Positions 8,444-18,629 of a DNA stretch of 64,000 bases are shown one piece after another. Source of the DNA: Candidatus Limnocylindria bacterium. Lineage in GTDB: Bacteria; Chloroflexota; Limnocylindria; P2-11E. The number at the start of each line of letters is the position of its first letter. Positions within the stretch are counted from its first letter, which is position 1. The stretch spans positions 14-64,013 of the forward strand of contig DASYUC010000045.1 in the NCBI GenBank assembly GCA_036001645.1, given 5' to 3'. The translations under genes and the position numbers were made by a program. The notes beneath the pieces were generated by a model. That model saw nothing but the letters and a program-made list of their open reading frames with translations, was not told the origin of the DNA and ran no database searches.

Positions 8444-10087
8444 TCAGCGCGACGCGGTGTAGCTCAACGTGTAGGTGCCCGTCGCATCCCTTGCGCCCGC
8501 TGCGCGCACCCGGATGAAGTACGCGCCTGGATCGCGGACGACGTAGTCCACTCGCGCGACGTGGTCGGCGCCGGTATTGACCTCGGGCGCGACCTCGGCC
8601 CCCGTCGCGTTGAGGATCGTGACCGTGCCGCCGGGCAGCGTGTCGACGCGGAGCGTGAACGCGATGGTCGTGTTGTCAGGCGCCATCACGCGGAAGAAGT
8701 CCACGTCGCCTGCGGGCGCGATCGTTCCGTTGTGCGTGCCGGGGGCGATCACCGCCGCGGCCGGCGGCGTGTTCGCGTAGTCGTCCGCGATGGTCCCCGG
8801 CGCGGACGCCGTGATGGTGGGTCGCACAGTCGGGGCGACCGTCGGCGCGGTCGTCGGCGCAGTGGTGGGGGCGACCGTCGGCGCGACCGTGGGCGCGGCG
8901 GTCTGCTGCGCGGTGAGCTGTGGTGGGTTGGTGCGACCGATGTTCGCGGCGCGTTCGATGCCACCCTGCAGCGCGAGGACCGCGAGGACGAGCACCAACG
9001 TCGCCGGCAGGAGCGCGCGGCGCCACGGGAACCCCCGGCGTTTGCGCGGCGCGGCGATCACGGCCGTGGCCGCGCCACCTGCGAGGACCGGCGCGACAAG
9101 GGTCGGCTCGACCGGCGGCGGCTCGACGCGCGCCACACCGCTCACGAGGTCCGATACCGAGAGCAGCGGCGAAGGCGCCCCGTCCACGGGTATCGCTACG
9201 ACGACGATCGGTGGCTGCGACGGACTGGTCGGCGCGGGGAACGTCGTCGGCGCCGGCGCCGGTACCGTGAACTGCGACCCGGCGAGCGCGCGGACGAAGT
9301 CGCCTGACCGCGCGAAGCGGTCCTCGGGCTTCTTTGCGAGCGCGCGGAGGAGCGCGGCCTCGACACCCGGCGGCAGCACGACGCCGAGCTGGCTTGGGAT
9401 CGGCACCGGCTTGTTCACGTGCGCCATGAGCGCGGAGAGCGGGTTGTCGGAGGGGAACGGGTGGCGGCCGACGAGCATCTGGTACGCGATGATCCCGAGC
9501 GCGTACTGGTCCGCCGCGGGTCCCGCGCTCTCGGCTCCGCCCGCGAGCTCCGGCGCCATGTAGTCCGCGGTCCCCATGAGCGATCCGGCCTGCGTCATCC
9601 CCGAGCCGGGTCCGACGATCTTCGCGAGCCCGAAGTCCGTGAGCACCGGGGTCCCCTCGTGGGTGAGCAAGACGTTCTGCGGCTTGATGTCGCGGTGCAC
9701 GATCCCACGCGCGTGCGCGTAGTCGAGGGCGGCGGCGATCGGTCCGAGGATGCCCATCGCGTAGTCGAGCGGCAGCGGCGTGCCGAGCTGCTCGGCGAGC
9801 GTCCCGCCATCGATGTAGTCAGAGACGAGGTACGCGATGTCGCCTTGCTGCGTGAAGTCGAAGGCCGTGACGATGTTCGGGTGGCGGAGCTTCCCGACGG
9901 CGCGGGCTTCCTGCGCGAAGCGCTCCGCGAACGCGGGGTCGCCGGCGGTCTGCGGCGGCAGGACCTTGATCGCCACGTAACGGCCGAGTCCCGGCTGATA
10001 CGCCTTGTACACGGCACCCATGCCGCCCGCGCCGATCTTCTCGACGATCTCGTAGTTCCCGAGCGTGTTCCCGGGCTGCAAGGTCAC
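8444..10087 (-). CDS. Ser/Thr protein kinase with TM helix, Pro/Thr-repeat linker and extracellular pre-peptidase-C-terminal (PPC)-like domain
   Basis: Kinase motifs are GAGGMGAVYKA, VAIK, HRDIKPQN, DFG and APE. The linker is TAAPTVAPTVAPTTAPTTAPTVAPTV and the PPC-like segment is GDVDFFRV...GTYTLSY. The GTG start at 10087 overlaps the cyclase stop (GTGA). The 1328-aa track ORF is a read-through artefact. Confidence 0.9.
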   Translation of the reverse strand: MTLQPGNTLGNYEIVEKIGAGGMGAVYKAYQPGLGRYVAIKVLPPQTAGDPAFAERFAQEARAVGKLRHPNIVTAFDFTQQGDIAYLVSDYIDGGTLAEQLGTPLPLDYAMGILGPIAAALDYAHARGIVHRDIKPQNVLLTHEGTPVLTDFGLAKIVGPGSGMTQAGSLMGTADYMAPELAGGAESAGPAADQYALGIIAYQMLVGRHPFPSDNPLSALMAHVNKPVPIPSQLGVVLPPGVEAALLRALAKKPEDRFARSGDFVRALAGSQFTVPAPAPTTFPAPTSPSQPPIVVVAIPVDGAPSPLLSVSDLVSGVARVEPPPVEPTLVAPVLAGGAATAVIAAPRKRRGFPWRRALLPATLVLVLAVLALQGGIERAANIGRTNPPQLTAQQTAAPTVAPTVAPTTAPTTAPTVAPTVRPTITASAPGTIADDYANTPPAAAVIAPGTHNGTIAPAGDVDFFRVMAPDNTTIAFTLRVDTLPGGTVTILNATGAEVAPEVNTGADHVARVDYVVRDPGAYFIRVRAAGARDATGTYTLSYTASR

Positions 10088-11124
10088 TGGTCGATCCCCT
10101 CCACGCGGTAGGCGTCCACCGGTGTCCGCCGTCCCTTCAACTCCAACGCGCCAAGGGGTGTCGTCCGTACGCCCTCGCCCGCGGCCTGGAGCGCGGCCGC
10201 CGAGCAGACCACCTCGCCGGCCTTGGCCTGGCCCTGGAGCCGCGCGGCGACGTTGACCGTGTCGCCGATCGCGGTGAAGTTCTGGTACTGCTCGCTGCCG
10301 AGGTTCCCCACCATCGCCTCGCCGGTGTGAACGCCGATGCCGTAGCCGAGCTCGGTGCCCACCTCGCGCGCGGCGTCGCGCATCGCGAGCGCTCCGCGGA
10401 GTGCGCGGCGGACGTGATCCTCCTGCGGCACCGGCGCGTTCCACAGCGCGAGGATCGCGTCGCCCGCGAAACGATCGATCGTTCCGCCGGTCCCGCGGAT
10501 CGCCTTCGCCGCGGCTCCGTGATAACGCATGAGCAGCGACACGACGCGGTCGGGCGGGAGCTGCTCGGCGATCGCCGTATACCCGCGCACGTCCGCGTGG
10601 AGCACGCTCACGGTCTGCGTCTGGCCTCCGACGTCGACGAACGACGGCCGCGCGTCGACCATGTCCGCGACGTTGTCGCCGAGGTAGCGGCGCAGCGCAT
10701 CGCGTAGCCGCACGTGCTGATCGGCGAGCGCGTCGAGCTTGGGCGACGACGTGTCCTCGTCCGCGACGAACACGATCCCACTGACGTTGCCGCGCGCGTC
10801 CTTCAGTGGCCCGGCTGTCGCGCGCAGCTTCGCGCGGCGGCCGCCCGGGAGCGTCGCCTCGATCGCGCGCGCCTCGCCCTCGGCGCCGCCCTTCAGCATG
10901 AGCTTGAAGACCCGCTGCGAGAGCGACTCGCCGAACACGACGGTGTAGCTCTTGCCGATCGCGTCGGCCTCGGTCGTCGAGAGGAGGCGCTCGGCGTTCC
11001 GGTTGAGCGAGCGGATGCGCCCTTCGGTGTCGAGCAACACGACCGATGAGGGGTTGAACTGGAGCAGCGCGAGGCTCAGTCCAAGCTCGTTCCGGTCTGC
11101 CGCCACGGCGGTCAGTCTCAGCAT
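10084..11124 (-). CDS. PAS-domain class III adenylate/guanylate cyclase
   Basis: The PAS-like N-terminus contains VVLLDTEGRIRSLNRNAERLL. The cyclase core runs VSVLHADVRGYT...FAGDAILALWNAP...IGVHTGEAMVGNLGS...TAIGDTVNVAARL. The start is taken at the internal ATG at 11124. Confidence 0.85.
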   Translation of the reverse strand: MLRLTAVAADRNELGLSLALLQFNPSSVVLLDTEGRIRSLNRNAERLLSTTEADAIGKSYTVVFGESLSQRVFKLMLKGGAEGEARAIEATLPGGRRAKLRATAGPLKDARGNVSGIVFVADEDTSSPKLDALADQHVRLRDALRRYLGDNVADMVDARPSFVDVGGQTQTVSVLHADVRGYTAIAEQLPPDRVVSLLMRYHGAAAKAIRGTGGTIDRFAGDAILALWNAPVPQEDHVRRALRGALAMRDAAREVGTELGYGIGVHTGEAMVGNLGSEQYQNFTAIGDTVNVAARLQGQAKAGEVVCSAAALQAAGEGVRTTPLGALELKGRRTPVDAYRVEGIDQ

Positions 11125-11176
11125 CCGTCGGCAGTCCCACAAGTCCCACGGAAGGGGGAGGACGTACGCTTCCGCC

Positions 11177-12070
11177 GTGCCGCGGCTGGTGGAGTGTGTG
11201 CCGAACGTCAGCGAGGGACGGCGCCGCGACGTGATCGACCGACTGGCGCAGGCCATCCGCGATGTCGGGGGCGTCCGACTCCTCGATCAGACGAGCGACG
11301 CCGACCACAACCGTTCGGTCTTCACGTTCGCCGGCGACGCCGACGCGGTCACGGCTGCCGCTCACGCGCTCATCACCGCCGCGTTCCTCGAGATCGACAT
11401 GCGCGCGCACAAGGGCGAGCACCCGCGCCTTGGCGCTGTCGACGTCGTGCCGTTCGTGCCGCTCGCGGGCGTGACGATGGACGAGTGCGTCGCGATCGCG
11501 CACCAGTTCGGCCATGAGGTCGCCGAGCGTCACCAGATCCCGGTCTACTTCTACGCGCGCGCGGCGACGCGGCCGGAGCGCATCCGTCTGCCCGATATCC
11601 GCAAGCCGCAGTACGAAGGGCTGGCCGACCTGCTCGCGACCACGCACGTCCCCGATGCCGGGCCGGCCGTCCTGCATGCGAAGGCCGGCGCGATCGTCGT
11701 CGGCGCACGTCCACCGCTCATCGCGTTCAACATCGAGCTCGACACCGCCGACGTGAAGATCGCGAAGCGGATCGCGAAGGACATCCGCGAATCGTCGGGC
11801 GGCCTGCCCGCGGTCCAGGCGCTCGGATTCGAGCTCACCGATCCCCCGCGCGCGCAAGTGTCGATGAACCTGCTGGACACGACCCAGACCTCGCTCGCGA
11901 CCGTGTGGCGCGAGGTCGAGCGCCGCGCCAATGACGCGGGCGTCGAAGTCCTGCGCGGTGAGCTGATCGGACTGCTGCCTCTCGATGCCGCGCTCCAAGT
12001 GACCGCGAGCGCGTTGAAGCTCGAGAACTTCGAGCGCAGCCGTGTGATCGAATCGCATTTCCTGGAATGA
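11177..12070 (+). CDS. Glutamate formimidoyltransferase (FtcD N-terminal-domain type)
   Basis: The sequence VPRLVECVPNVSEGRRRDVIDRL...HNRSVFTF...HPRLGAVDVVPFVPL is typical of formiminotransferases. The start is GTG at 11177 (or 11186); the track ORF begins at 10952. Confidence 0.85.
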   Translation: MPRLVECVPNVSEGRRRDVIDRLAQAIRDVGGVRLLDQTSDADHNRSVFTFAGDADAVTAAAHALITAAFLEIDMRAHKGEHPRLGAVDVVPFVPLAGVTMDECVAIAHQFGHEVAERHQIPVYFYARAATRPERIRLPDIRKPQYEGLADLLATTHVPDAGPAVLHAKAGAIVVGARPPLIAFNIELDTADVKIAKRIAKDIRESSGGLPAVQALGFELTDPPRAQVSMNLLDTTQTSLATVWREVERRANDAGVEVLRGELIGLLPLDAALQVTASALKLENFERSRVIESHFLE

Positions 12071-12200
12071 CGTGAGTCGAGAGCCGCGGGGCGTGCCGCG
12101 AACGAGCACCGAGACCGCGGCATTAGTCCGACCGTGCGCGAGACGCATGGGAGCGGGCCCGTTCTGCGAGAGAGCGGCACTCGCCGCGGCGATCTGACTC

Positions 12201-13451
12201 ATGGCCGAAGCCGATCTCGTTATCCGACGCGCCCGACTTCTCACCGTCGCGCCCCTCCGTGAAGAACGGCCTCGAATCGGACCGTCCGCGGGTGATGTTG
12301 GCGCCATCGATGGCGGCTGGCTCGCGTCGCGCGATGGCGTCATCGTCGCCACCGGTCGAGGAGATTCGTGGCAGGACCTCGATCGAACTCCCGATGCGAT
12401 CGAGGTCGACGCCGAGGGGCGCGTCGTCATGCCCGGCTTCGTCGACGCGCATACGCATCTCTGCTACGCGGGCCAGCGCTGGGACGAGTTCGTGACGCGG
12501 AGGAGCGGTGCCGACTACCTCGCGGTCCTGGGTCGCGGCGGCGGCATCCACGCGACGGTGCGCGCGACACGGGACGCGAGTGACGACGAGCTGCTGTCTC
12601 TTCTCCGAAGACGGCTGGCGCGCGCGCTCGCGCTCGGAACGACGACGATCGAAGTGAAGAGCGGCTACGGTCTCGAGCCGGCCGAGGAGGTGCGTCAGCT
12701 GCGCGTGATCGCGGCCGCGGCGAAAGCATCGCGCATCGACGTCGCGGTCACCTACCTCGCGCTTCACGCTCTGCCCACCGCTCGGGCTGACGATCGCCGC
12801 GGCTTCGTGCGCGATGCCGCGCTTGCGGTTCGCACCGTCGCCGACGAGGGCCTCGCCGAAGCGGTCGACGCGTTCGTCGAGAACGGCGTGTTCGACATCG
12901 ACGAGGTGCGGCCGCTCGCGAAGGCGGCGAGTGACGCGGGGCTCGCCCTCACGCTGCACGCCGATCAGCTCAACGACGTCGGCGCGACCGCGTTCGCGGC
13001 GCGCGCGCACGCGCGCTCCGCCGATCATGTCGCGAACGCTTCGACCGACGGGTTGCGGGCGCTCGCGCGTGCGGCGATCCCCGCCGTCCTGCTCCCGGGC
13101 AGCGCGTTCTTCGTCGGCTACGCGCCGCCCGACGCCCGGCGGTTCCTCGCGGCCGAGGTGCCGATCGCGATCGCGACCGACCACAATCCCGGCACCTCAC
13201 CGCTCGAGGGGATGCCGACCGCGATCGCGCTCGGTGTCGTGCTGTGCGGCCTCACGCCGCACGAGGCGATCGTGGCGGCGACGATCAACGGCGCGCACGC
13301 GCTCGGCCGCGGCGGTCGCACCGGAGCGCTGGTCAAAGGACGCCGCGCCGATCTCGTCGTTCTCGATACCGACGACGAGCGCGAGCTCGCGTACCGCCTC
13401 GGCGGGCCGATCGTGCGCGAGGTCTACGCCGCCGGCACGCGGCGAGCCTAA
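12201..13451 (+). CDS. hutI: Imidazolonepropionase
   Basis: This is an amidohydrolase fold with PGFVDAHTHL and HADQL motifs and a C-terminal ATDHNPGTSP. The length (416 aa) is typical of HutI. Confidence 0.9.
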   Translation: MAEADLVIRRARLLTVAPLREERPRIGPSAGDVGAIDGGWLASRDGVIVATGRGDSWQDLDRTPDAIEVDAEGRVVMPGFVDAHTHLCYAGQRWDEFVTRRSGADYLAVLGRGGGIHATVRATRDASDDELLSLLRRRLARALALGTTTIEVKSGYGLEPAEEVRQLRVIAAAAKASRIDVAVTYLALHALPTARADDRRGFVRDAALAVRTVADEGLAEAVDAFVENGVFDIDEVRPLAKAASDAGLALTLHADQLNDVGATAFAARAHARSADHVANASTDGLRALARAAIPAVLLPGSAFFVGYAPPDARRFLAAEVPIAIATDHNPGTSPLEGMPTAIALGVVLCGLTPHEAIVAATINGAHALGRGGRTGALVKGRRADLVVLDTDDERELAYRLGGPIVREVYAAGTRRA

Positions 13452-14161
13452 CGAGCGATCGGCGTGTCGACCATAAGTAGCTCGCTCGTCTCGGTGGCGG
13501 CCAGCCGCAGGGCGCCGTCGCCGACGATGTACGCCGCGTCGCCTGTGGTCATGGTCTCGTCGTTCGCGCGCACGGCTCCGGTGACGAGGTAGAGATAACC
13601 ACCACGGTGAGCGCCGAAGACGTGCTCGACCGTCTGCGAGGCAGAGAGTGTCGTGACGTACATGCTGACGTCCTGCGCGACGGTGATCCCCTCGCCGTCG
13701 CTGCCCTCGGGCCTGAGGAAGCGCAGCAGTCGGTCCGTCCGGTCCGCGACCGTGTATTGGCGCTGCTCGATCGACGGTGCGAGGCCGCGCTTCGAGGGAA
13801 GGATCCACATCTGGATGAACTCCATCGGCTTCGTCTTCGAGTGGTTCCGCTCGGAATGCTCCGCGCCTGAGCCCAGTCGCATCCGCTGCACGCCGCCAGG
13901 CTGCAGGACGCCGTCGTTGCCGAGGCTGTCGGCGTGCTCGAACTCGCCGGACACGACATAGGTGATCCCCTCGATGTCGCGGTGCGGATGCATCGGCCAC
14001 GCCGCGCCCGGCACGAGCGTGTCGTGGTTGAACACGCGGAGCGTGCCGATCCCCATGTTGTTCGGATCGTTGTACCGGTCGAACGAGAAGTGCCAGCGCG
14101 CTTTGAACCAGCCACCGTCGATCCGGTAGATGGAGCGCTCGGGGCGCAGGGCGATCTTCAC
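13448..14161 (-). CDS. Pirin family protein
   Basis: The cupin motifs are WPMHPHRDIEGITYVVSGEFEH...GGVQRMRLGSGAEHSE. The stop overlaps the hutI stop. Confidence 0.9.
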   Translation of the reverse strand: MKIALRPERSIYRIDGGWFKARWHFSFDRYNDPNNMGIGTLRVFNHDTLVPGAAWPMHPHRDIEGITYVVSGEFEHADSLGNDGVLQPGGVQRMRLGSGAEHSERNHSKTKPMEFIQMWILPSKRGLAPSIEQRQYTVADRTDRLLRFLRPEGSDGEGITVAQDVSMYVTTLSASQTVEHVFGAHRGGYLYLVTGAVRANDETMTTGDAAYIVGDGALRLAATETSELLMVDTPIAR

Positions 14162-14243
14162 TCGCGTTCGAGTCTGGCACGTTCCGATCCGCTGCTAGGA
14201 TTCGCGCTGGCGTGCACTACCGCTTACAGGAGGCGCGACCGAC

Positions 14244-14765
14244 GTGAGCGATCGAGTTGGCATCTATCCCGGCTCGTTCGACCCGCCCACCAACGGGCAC
14301 ATCGACATCGTCGAACGGTCGGCGCGCCTGTTCGACCGTGTCGTCATCGGCGTCGGCCGCAATCTCTCGAAGAAGACGCTGTTCGATGCCGATGAGCGTG
14401 TCGCACTCATGCGCGAAGCGTGCAAGGGATGCCGCAACGTCGAGGTCCGCACGTTCGACAGCCTGCAGGTGACGTTCGCGAAGGAGGTCGGTGCGAGCTT
14501 CATCATCCGCGGGATCCGCGCGCTCTCGGACTTCGAGTTCGAGTTCGAGATGGGGAACATGAATCGCAAGCTCGCGCCCGGGATCGAGATGGTCTATCTC
14601 ATGACCGCACCGGAGTATCTGTTCCTGTCCGCGTCGCGCGTGAAGGAGCTCGTCGCGTTCGGCGCCTCGGTCGAGGGCCTCGTTCCGCCGAACGTCGCCA
14701 AGGCCCTCCAGGCGCACATGGGGCAGGGAGGCCTGCGCACGGGAGCTACCGAATCAAACGATTAG
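14244..14765 (+). CDS. coaD: Pantetheine-phosphate adenylyltransferase
   Basis: The motifs are GIYPGSFDPPTNGHIDIV...IRGIRALSDFEFE...SASRVKE. Confidence 0.92.
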   Translation: MSDRVGIYPGSFDPPTNGHIDIVERSARLFDRVVIGVGRNLSKKTLFDADERVALMREACKGCRNVEVRTFDSLQVTFAKEVGASFIIRGIRALSDFEFEFEMGNMNRKLAPGIEMVYLMTAPEYLFLSASRVKELVAFGASVEGLVPPNVAKALQAHMGQGGLRTGATESND

Positions 14766-14841
14766 GTGGCAGACGTATCCGGGGCGGAAGGGGCGGAGCC
14801 CCTGCGAAGAGCAGTCTTATGCGAATCGGCGCGAAGCGACG

Positions 14842-15612
14842 ATGAGCGCCGTTCTCGCGGTCGACGTTGGCAACACGAACATCGTCGTCGGCGCGTACGA
14901 CAAGGACCGGCTCATCCGCACCTGGCGTCTCGTCACGGTGCACGACCGTACCGAGGATGAGCTTGCCGTGATGCTCGACGGTCTGCTCGCGCAGGAGGAT
15001 CTCGCGCTCGACGAGATCGACGCGTTCGTGCTCGGCAGCGTCGTGCCACCGCTCACGCAGTCGTTCACGCGCCTCGCGGAGCGCTATCTCGACCGCGCGG
15101 CGTTCATCGTGGGACCGGGTATCAAGACCGGCGTCCGCCTTCGGGTCGATAACCCATCGGAGGTCGGCGCCGATCGGATCGCGAACACGCTCGCCGCGCA
15201 CCGGCGGTACGGCGGGCCCGCGGTCGTGGTGGACTTCGGCACGACGACGAACTTCGACGTCGTGAGCGCGGAGGGTGATTTCCTCGGTGGCTCGTTCGCT
15301 CCGGGACTCGAGGTCTCCGCGGAGTCGCTCTTCGGCCGCGCGTCGCGCCTCTTCCGCGTTCCGCTGACCCCGCCGGCGACCGCGATCGGGAAGAACACCA
15401 CGGACTGCCTACGCTCGGGACTGGTATTCGGATACGTCGGCCTCGTCGAGGGCCTCCTCGCACGGATCGTGGCGGAGCTCCCCGCGAAGCCGACGGTGAT
15501 CGCGACCGGCGGGCTCGCGGCGACGATCGCGCCGCTCGCGAAGGGCATCGAGAAGGTCGACGAGGACCTCACGCTCGAAGGGCTCCGTCTCCTCTACGAG
15601 CTGAATCTCTGA
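14842..15612 (+). CDS. coaX: Type III pantothenate kinase
   Basis: The motifs are [15 protein letters not shown]...GADRIAN...[11 protein letters not shown]...ATGGLA. Confidence 0.9.
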   Translation: MSAVLAVDVGNTNIVVGAYDKDRLIRTWRLVTVHDRTEDELAVMLDGLLAQEDLALDEIDAFVLGSVVPPLTQSFTRLAERYLDRAAFIVGPGIKTGVRLRVDNPSEVGADRIANTLAAHRRYGGPAVVVDFGTTTNFDVVSAEGDFLGGSFAPGLEVSAESLFGRASRLFRVPLTPPATAIGKNTTDCLRSGLVFGYVGLVEGLLARIVAELPAKPTVIATGGLAATIAPLAKGIEKVDEDLTLEGLRLLYELNL

Positions 15613-16820
15613 TGGAAGCGCTGCGCGGTCGTTTCATCGTTCTCGGCGTCACCGGTTCGATCGCTGCGTACAAATCGGTCGAGCTCGCCCGCCGTCTGAC
15701 GCAGGCGGGCGCCACGGTCCAGGTCGTCATGTCGCGGTCGGCCGCGGAGTTCGTGCGGCCGCTCACCTTCCAGGCGCTCACGTATCGGCCGGTGGAGCTG
15801 GAGATGTTCCAGATCCAGGACGAGCGCGCCGCGGGACACATCGCGATGGGCCGGCAGGCCGAGGTGGTCGTGATCGCGCCGGCGACCGCTCACGTCATCG
15901 CGCGTCTGGCCAACGGATTCTCGGACGACCTCATCGCGACGACCGTACTCGCGACCGACGCACCGATCGTCCTCGCGCCCGCGATGGAGACGCACATGTG
16001 GCAGAACGCGGCGACGCGAGCCAACATCGCGACGCTCCGTGCGCGTGGTGCGCGCATCGTGGAGCCTGAGTCTGGGCCGCTCGCGTCCGGCGACGTCGGT
16101 CCGGGCCGGCTCGCGTCGCTCGAACGCATCGAGGCCGCCATCGCGGAAGCGCTGAGCGTCTCGCGCGGGCTCGCCGGCCGCCGCGTCATCGTGACCGCCG
16201 GCCCGACCGTGGAGCCGATCGATCCGGTGCGCTTCGTCTCGAATCGCTCGAGCGGCAAGATGGGCTATGCGATCGCCGCGGCCGCGGCCGACGCCGGTGC
16301 TGAGGTCTTCCTCGTCTCGGGTCCGACGGCGCTGCGCCCTCCGGCGGGGACGCAGCTCGTACCGATCGAGACCGCCGAGCAGCTGCGCGATGCGGTGCTC
16401 GGCCTGCTCCCGAGCGCGGACGCCGTGGTCATGGCCGCCGCGGTCGCCGACTATCGCCCGATCGAGACGAAGGAGCGCAAGATCAAGAAACGCGACGCCG
16501 GCAGGGAGCTGAACCTGCGGCTCACCGAGAACCCCGACATTCTGAAGGCGATCGTCGCAGCGCGACGCTCGGGCGCGATCGTCGTCGGCTTCAAGGCCGA
16601 GACCGGTGACGCGACCGCCGAGGCGGGGCGCATGCTGCGCGAGAAGAAGCTCGACCTCGTCGTCGCGAACGACGTGAGCGATCCGGGATCGGCCTTCGGC
16701 TCCGACACCGACCGCGTCACGTTCGTGAGCGCGGACGGAGTCGAGGCGCTGCCGCTCCTCGCGAAGACCGAGGTCGCGCGCCGTCTCGTGGCGAAGCTCG
16801 CGGAGCGTCTCGCGCGTTAG
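15612..16820 (+). CDS. coaBC: Bifunctional phosphopantothenoylcysteine decarboxylase / phosphopantothenate-cysteine ligase
   Basis: The flavoprotein N-domain contains [16 protein letters not shown] and PAMETHMW. The ligase C-domain contains [24 protein letters not shown]. The ATG overlaps the coaX stop (TGATG). Confidence 0.92.
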   Translation: MEALRGRFIVLGVTGSIAAYKSVELARRLTQAGATVQVVMSRSAAEFVRPLTFQALTYRPVELEMFQIQDERAAGHIAMGRQAEVVVIAPATAHVIARLANGFSDDLIATTVLATDAPIVLAPAMETHMWQNAATRANIATLRARGARIVEPESGPLASGDVGPGRLASLERIEAAIAEALSVSRGLAGRRVIVTAGPTVEPIDPVRFVSNRSSGKMGYAIAAAAADAGAEVFLVSGPTALRPPAGTQLVPIETAEQLRDAVLGLLPSADAVVMAAAVADYRPIETKERKIKKRDAGRELNLRLTENPDILKAIVAARRSGAIVVGFKAETGDATAEAGRMLREKKLDLVVANDVSDPGSAFGSDTDRVTFVSADGVEALPLLAKTEVARRLVAKLAERLAR

Positions 16821-18388
16821 GCCCGCACGGCCTGCGGGAAATCGAAAAGACGATCGGGGTCGTACCGCGCCTTGATCTGACGAAGCCGCGCGTAGTTGGC
16901 GCCGTAGTACGCGTCTTCCCAGTCGGATAGCTCGGCGTCGGCGTAGTTCACGTACGCGCCGCGACCGATGAGCGGGCGTGCCGTCGCATAGAGCTGCCGC
17001 AGCCAGGTCGCGGTCGCGTCCGCCGCCGCCGCCGGCGCTGCGGCATCCCAGCTTCCGATGAATTGGGCCACCGCGAAGGCATCGCGGTGCGGGAACGCCG
17101 TCGCCGAGGGCGCGATGCGGGCGACCGCGCCACCGAGCGAATCGAGCAGCACAGCGCCACCGCCGACGCCCGAGCGTCCGACCATCGAGCCGACGCCGTC
17201 GACGAGCGCGCGGATCGCGTCGGGCGTCAGCGGGCGCGTCGCGACCGCGGACTTCGCGAGATAGGTCTCGCGGCCGAGCTGCCCTTCCCCGTTCGTGCCC
17301 TGCAGGTGGCACTGCGCGACCGAGCGTCCGAGACAGCCCGCCTCGAGAAGCATCACATCCCGATACGTCCGCGTGCCGGATTCGCGGTAGCTCGGTGCGC
17401 CCGCGGCGGCGACAAGGCCATCGAGCAGCGTGCTGATCTCACGCGCGGTGCCGGCGTGCACGCCGTGGATCGAGACCGCGGCGCCCTCGCTCCCCGCCTC
17501 GAGATGCAGCGTCGACCACAGCGCGTCCGGTGCGCGCGACATCCAGTCCTGCCAACTCGCCACGACCGCGGCCGCTCGCGCCCACGGCCACGTGAGGAAG
17601 CCCAGCGCGAGGTCGCCGACCGGGTGCGTCCGGAGCGTGAGCGAGGTCACGACGCCGAAGTTCCCTCCGCCACCGCCGCGCAGAGCCCAGAAGAGGTCGG
17701 CGTCGCGGTTCTCATCGCACTCGTGCACCTGCGCGTCCGCGGTCACGACCTGTGCGGCGACGAGGTCGTCGCACGTCAGACCCCACGCTCGCGTCAACAC
17801 GCCGATCCCCCCACCGAGCGTGAGCCCGGTGATCCCCACCGTCGGGCAGCTGCCCGCCGCGATGCCGACGCCGCGAGCGGCGACCGCGGCGTACACATCG
17901 ATGAGCCGCGCGCCGGCGCCGGCCGTGACCCGGCCATCGCCGACGGCGATCGTGTCCAGGGGCGACACGTCGAGGACGAGCCCGGTGCCGGTGGACCACC
18001 CGCCGTAGCTGTGACCGCCGCTTCGTAGCGATAGCGGGACGCCGAACGTGCGCGCGAACCGCACGCATTCGCTCACATCCTCCACGCTCGCGCAGCGTGC
18101 GATCGCCTGCGGCCGGACGGCATCGAACCGCGTGTTGTAGAGCACGCGGGCGCCGTCGTAGGTCGCGTCCGCGGGACGGATGAGCGGGCCGCGGAGCTTC
18201 GCCGCGAGCGCGTCCCACGTTGGCGACGGTCGCGGCGTGGGGGTCGGCGCTGGCGTGGCGGGCAGTGTCGCCGACGGCGTGGCGACCGGGGTCGGTGATG
18301 GCTGCGCCGTCGTGGCGCACCCCAGGGTCGCACTGACGGCGCCGATCGCGGCGGCGCGGAGGAACGCGCGACGGCTGATGGCGTTCAT
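16817..18388 (-). CDS. Tat-exported FAD-linked oxidase (FAD_binding_4 + berberine-bridge-enzyme-like C-terminus)
   Basis: The twin-arginine signal is MNAISRRAFLRAAAIG. It is followed by a Pro/Thr linker, then SGGHSYGGWS, and a BBE-like tail YVNYAD...YYGANYARLRQIKARYDPDRLF. The start is the ATG at 18388, so 166 codons of the track ORF are spurious. Confidence 0.85.
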   Translation of the reverse strand: MNAISRRAFLRAAAIGAVSATLGCATTAQPSPTPVATPSATLPATPAPTPTPRPSPTWDALAAKLRGPLIRPADATYDGARVLYNTRFDAVRPQAIARCASVEDVSECVRFARTFGVPLSLRSGGHSYGGWSTGTGLVLDVSPLDTIAVGDGRVTAGAGARLIDVYAAVAARGVGIAAGSCPTVGITGLTLGGGIGVLTRAWGLTCDDLVAAQVVTADAQVHECDENRDADLFWALRGGGGGNFGVVTSLTLRTHPVGDLALGFLTWPWARAAAVVASWQDWMSRAPDALWSTLHLEAGSEGAAVSIHGVHAGTAREISTLLDGLVAAAGAPSYRESGTRTYRDVMLLEAGCLGRSVAQCHLQGTNGEGQLGRETYLAKSAVATRPLTPDAIRALVDGVGSMVGRSGVGGGAVLLDSLGGAVARIAPSATAFPHRDAFAVAQFIGSWDAAAPAAAADATATWLRQLYATARPLIGRGAYVNYADAELSDWEDAYYGANYARLRQIKARYDPDRLFDFPQAVRA

Positions 18389-18437
18389 GGGGCGAGCATC
18401 GCGCAAACGGTGGCGCGGCGAGTCAGCGTTGCGCGCA

Positions 18438-18629
18438 CTAACTCGTACGGACCCAGTCCACCTCGGTATAGAGGAGCCGCCACCGCAGGCCGCGCTTCCA
18501 CCCGGCGCGCATCCGGTGGCTGACGCGGACCCCACGTTGCTTGGACATGCGCGGATCCGCGAGGAGATAGCTGGTGATCTCGGCACCTTCGGTCCGCTGC
18601 ATGAGCGCCGCGAGCTCGCGCAGTCGCAT
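18438..18629 (-). CDS. Small hypothetical protein (63 aa), family not recognised
   Basis: The sequence is MRLRELAALMQRTEGAEITSYLLADPRMSKQRGVRVSHRMRAGWKRGLRWRLLYTEVDWVRTS. Third-codon positions are mostly G/C by manual read, consistent with coding. It could be a gene remnant. Confidence 0.3.
   Translation of the reverse strand: MRLRELAALMQRTEGAEITSYLLADPRMSKQRGVRVSHRMRAGWKRGLRWRLLYTEVDWVRTS

Noticed and set aside
8444-12430. A 1328-aa minus-strand ORF, the longest in the track.
   Set aside because: Only its last 547 codons are a real protein (the Ser/Thr kinase, starting at GTG 10087). Upstream of that it is Arg/Pro/Gly-rich junk. That junk runs out of frame over the adenylate-cyclase gene and antisense through the formimidoyltransferase gene. 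This is typical stop-codon scarcity in GC-rich DNA.
15594-17312. A 572-aa minus-strand ORF overlapping coaBC.
   Set aside because: It is antisense to a strongly conserved coaBC reading frame. The composition is dominated by Arg, Gly, Asp and Ala, with no recognisable motifs.
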